Shown: positions 61,254 to 64,000 of the stretch, in pieces | Layout of the letters: each line of letters starts with the position of its first letter | Numbering within the stretch: position 1 is the stretch's first letter | Assembly: GCA_965223425.1 (NCBI GenBank) | Contig: CBDCWS010000001.1 | Location: 59,098-123,097, forward strand | Length of the DNA: 64,000 nt | Source of the DNA: Nitrosopumilus sp. | GTDB taxonomy: Archaea > Thermoproteota > Nitrososphaeria > Nitrososphaerales > Nitrosopumilaceae | Reading direction: 5' to 3' | Program-made: the position numbers and the translations under genes | Notes under the pieces: model-generated | What the model was told of the DNA's origin: nothing | What the model saw: the letters and a program-made list of their open reading frames with translations, nothing else | Databases searched by the model: none

Positions 61254-62378
61254 ATGCCTTGTGCTAATTGTTTTTCACTGATTTGAGAGCAGATGGGTTT
61301 TCTTTTTCTTCTGTGAATGTATCCATCCTTATGTTATCCTATAAGTTCATCTAACCCAAGGAAACATAAGGATGGACTTACAGTATACTTTACAAGAATA
61401 TGTTTTGCAACTCAAAAATACCCCGCGCACGCTCTTAGCTGTTGCGGGTGTGGTTCAGAAAATCATGAAAACGCTTTATGATGCCCACTTTCCAAATGCT
61501 GAGAATCGCAGACCTGGTCGGAATCCGGAGTGCCCCGACAGCGACATTCTCACGATCGGATGGCTCTTGGAATACATCGGAGCTGACAGCGAACATTCGG
61601 GGTATCCGCGTCTAAAAGTCGAACTGCAACCGCTTTTCCCGTGCTTACCGGAGCGGTCTCGTTTCAATAGACGCAGACGCAATCTTTCGACTGCGAGTGA
61701 AGTGCTGCGTCAGGCATTGACGGTCTACTTTTCCAAGGAAACCGATGTGTTTCTCGTTGATTCTTTTCCGATCCCGGTCTGCGACTTCAAGCGTGCGAAA
61801 CCTTCAAGGTCTGATTTGAAGTGGGCAGATGCTTCGGGAACGCTTGCGACTTATCGACACTGTGCCACGAAAAGTCTCGGAACGTTCTTTGGGTTTCGGG
61901 GGCATCTGATCACCACGGCTGACGGTGTGCCTGTTGATTTTGCGATTGCCTCGGCACATATAGATGACCGAGAGGTGCTGCCCGTGCTATCTCAAGGGGG
62001 CAAGTATCCGATAGTGCTTGGCGACAAAGGTTATGTTTCGCAATCCCTCCAGCGGGAGTTGCTCGAAACTCAAAACACCTGTTTGCTACCGACACTGCGA
62101 AGCAATCAGAAGCCTCAATACCCGGAGGCATTTCGGAAACTTCAAGTGCGGTTGCGTAGGCACATTGAGACGACACTCAACCCACTGACGCAACAGTTTT
62201 CTGTCGCTCGTCTGCGTGCGCGGACACATTGGGGACTTCAGACCCGAATGAGCAATAAGTTTGGGGCCTGTCTGCTCGGGGCTTTCCTGAATCAGTGTTT
62301 GCGACGACCTTTGATGAAACTCAAAGACCTTGTCCTCGCATGAGCAGAAATCTATAAAATCTAATTAGCACAAGCCGT
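61254..62378 (+). mobile_element. IS982-family element; transposase 61372-62343
   Basis: TIRs ATGCCTTGTGCTAATT / AATTAGCACAAGCCGT; paralog of the transposase at 55845. Confidence 0.9.
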
Positions 62379-62828
62379 TAACTCAATAGCTTTGGTAAAA
62401 GCAGCGATGGCTTTCTCAAATTCAAGCTCCCCTTGTTGCTGATGACCATAATTCCTATACTGAGAGGCAGCAAGCTGCGTATAGGGAACGCTCTGAAAGA
62501 AGATTGTTATTGTTTCTGAAAGAAGATTGTTATAGTAAATCAATGGTATACAAACACAGATTTTTGAGACAGATTGCAGTTTTTTGTAACATTTAACCGT
62601 CAGTTATTCCGTATTTTGCTGAAATCATTCCTAAAAATTTCCTTAATGTTAATCGGTGAGTAAGGTAAAAGCTTGTTTTAAGGCAAAAACAGGCTTTGAA
62701 TATAACGTTTGTCGAATCTGACGGAATAGACGTTTCGTAACATTGACCTCATTGATAAACACAAAACATAAATCAGCTGCCTTCAGCTATGTAGGGTTGG
62801 AGGGGGCAGAAGCCCCCTTGTAGTTGGG

Positions 62829-63520
62829 TTATTGTGGTTTGAGTTGAAAATGTCCTTTACAATATCTCATGAAACGTGGAAGCATACGAATCAGGCACGG
62901 TAGCATGTGCCATAAGATGTATACGACCACAAGGAATTGGAAAAGTGTTGTTAATGGATATTCTCCCAGTTGACCACTGATCATACGAGAGAATCCGGTA
63001 AGTGGCATTAGAGGTGTCTTAAACACGCTCAATAACCCGCCTTCAGCATAGGAGTTGATAATATGATTCGGATCAGAAAAATGGACGGTGAAGCGATAGA
63101 TGTCCCGTTCAGCCCTCGATCCTACTGATTCGTCGTACAAAGCCTTGTGAATTGCGCCTTCACGCCGAGGCGAGTATTTGACGCGTTCACGAAAACGCTC
63201 CCAATACGCTTCGTCAGTGATCCCCATTTGGTAGACTCGGTTAATCATGCCAAGTTCTTCCTCTGTAAGTTTCCATGTTTCTGCTATCGCCTGTGCAGCC
63301 AGAAATAAAAACAGAACAACCGCCAAGCCAAAACACACACAGTCTTTGGCAAGCCATCGTTAATTTCTTTTTAAAAACATCAAAAGGGACTGGAACCCCC
63401 GTTAGAGCACCGTTCCTGTCTCTATAGAGTTCCGCAGCACGTTCTTCGGGCGTTCTATCTGTATAGCCGATTTTTACCAAGTTCGGCATGGCTTCATTCG
63501 TCAAGATATAGACATATCCC
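62829..63520 (-). pseudogene. T5orf172/GIY-YIG-like N-terminal segment followed by a membrane protein ORF
   Basis: GYVYILTNEAMPNLVKIGYTDRTPEERAAEL...TGVPVPF, then the overlapping ORF 62829-63338 with TM helices. Confidence 0.55.
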
Positions 63521-63632
63521 CTTGTGCTTTCCTTTCATTGTTGCGCAGACAGATAGACGTGTCGCAGTTTGTATCCGACGCAGCGTCTCGTCAAATCCAA
63601 TCAAATCCTCAAACCTATATTTTCGATGCCAC

Positions 63633-64000
63633 TTACTTACGTATCAACATTTTCCCAGTAGCGGTAAAGTTTCCTGCGGTAAGTGTATAGAAGTAGACCC
63701 CACTAGCGACGGGTTCACCAACGGTATTTCTGCCGTCCCAATAGGCAGCACGGCTCCGACTTTCATACTGTCCTGCCAGCTGATGCCCCAAATCTAAAGC
63801 ACGCACAATACGTCCTTGAAGGTCGTAGATCTTCAGCGTGACATCTGCGGAGGCAGCCAAGTGATACGGGATCCACGTTTCAGGGTTGAAGGGGTTGGGA
63901 TAGTTGGCAAGCAGTGCTGTCTGTTCTGGAATGAGGGACGCTAACAGGCGTTGTAGGTAAGCAATGCCCTCTTGGAAAACAACGGAGCCATCATCTTCAA
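63633..64000 (-). CDS. C-terminal end of another secreted protein with the NYPNPFNPETWIPY domain (runs off the window)
   Basis: LLANYPNPFNPETWIPYHL...ASGVYFYTLTAG...MLIRK*. Confidence 0.9.
   Translation of the reverse strand, partial: EDDGSVVFQEGIAYLQRLLASLIPEQTALLANYPNPFNPETWIPYHLAASADVTLKIYDLQGRIVRALDLGHQLAGQYESRSRAAYWDGRNTVGEPVASGVYFYTLTAGNFTATGKMLIRK

Overview
This window is bacterial genomic DNA. The WD40 and YWTD repeat proteins ending in the NYPNPFNPETWIPY C-terminal domain, and a LamG protein with a GKLAxTW tail, suggest Candidatus Poribacteria (inference only). It is an IS-riddled accessory region with about 11 IS copies or remnants (IS982, IS5-like, IS630, IS3, an IS200/IS605 right-end remnant) plus a MITE. 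It has four main blocks. (1) 5.4-17.1 kb: a membrane-anchored ECF sigma factor transcribed divergently from an operon encoding a small secreted peptide, an ABC exporter, TolC and a second ECF; both directions carry the same TGCAACC-N17-CGTCACCT promoter. (2) 17-30 kb: plasmid-like debris with tyrosine recombinases, parA plus partner and a 16-bp centromere array, a RelE-type toxin-antitoxin pair, and an OLD-family nuclease split by IS3. (3) 30.3-46.9 kb: a phage-like element whose ~14-kb leftward operon of about 30 small genes runs from a consensus sigma70 promoter. The operon is punctuated by a family of sense-strand GGCGCG hairpins and also contains an anticodon-less tRNA-like element, a 254-nt structured spacer, a miniature protease-less LexA and a RadC fusion. 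(4) 49.7-64 kb: secreted eukaryotic-like repeat proteins among IS elements. Block 3 is the best candidate for an undescribed system. All family assignments come from motif recognition by eye, with no database searches. Some homopolymer frameshifts could be sequencing errors.
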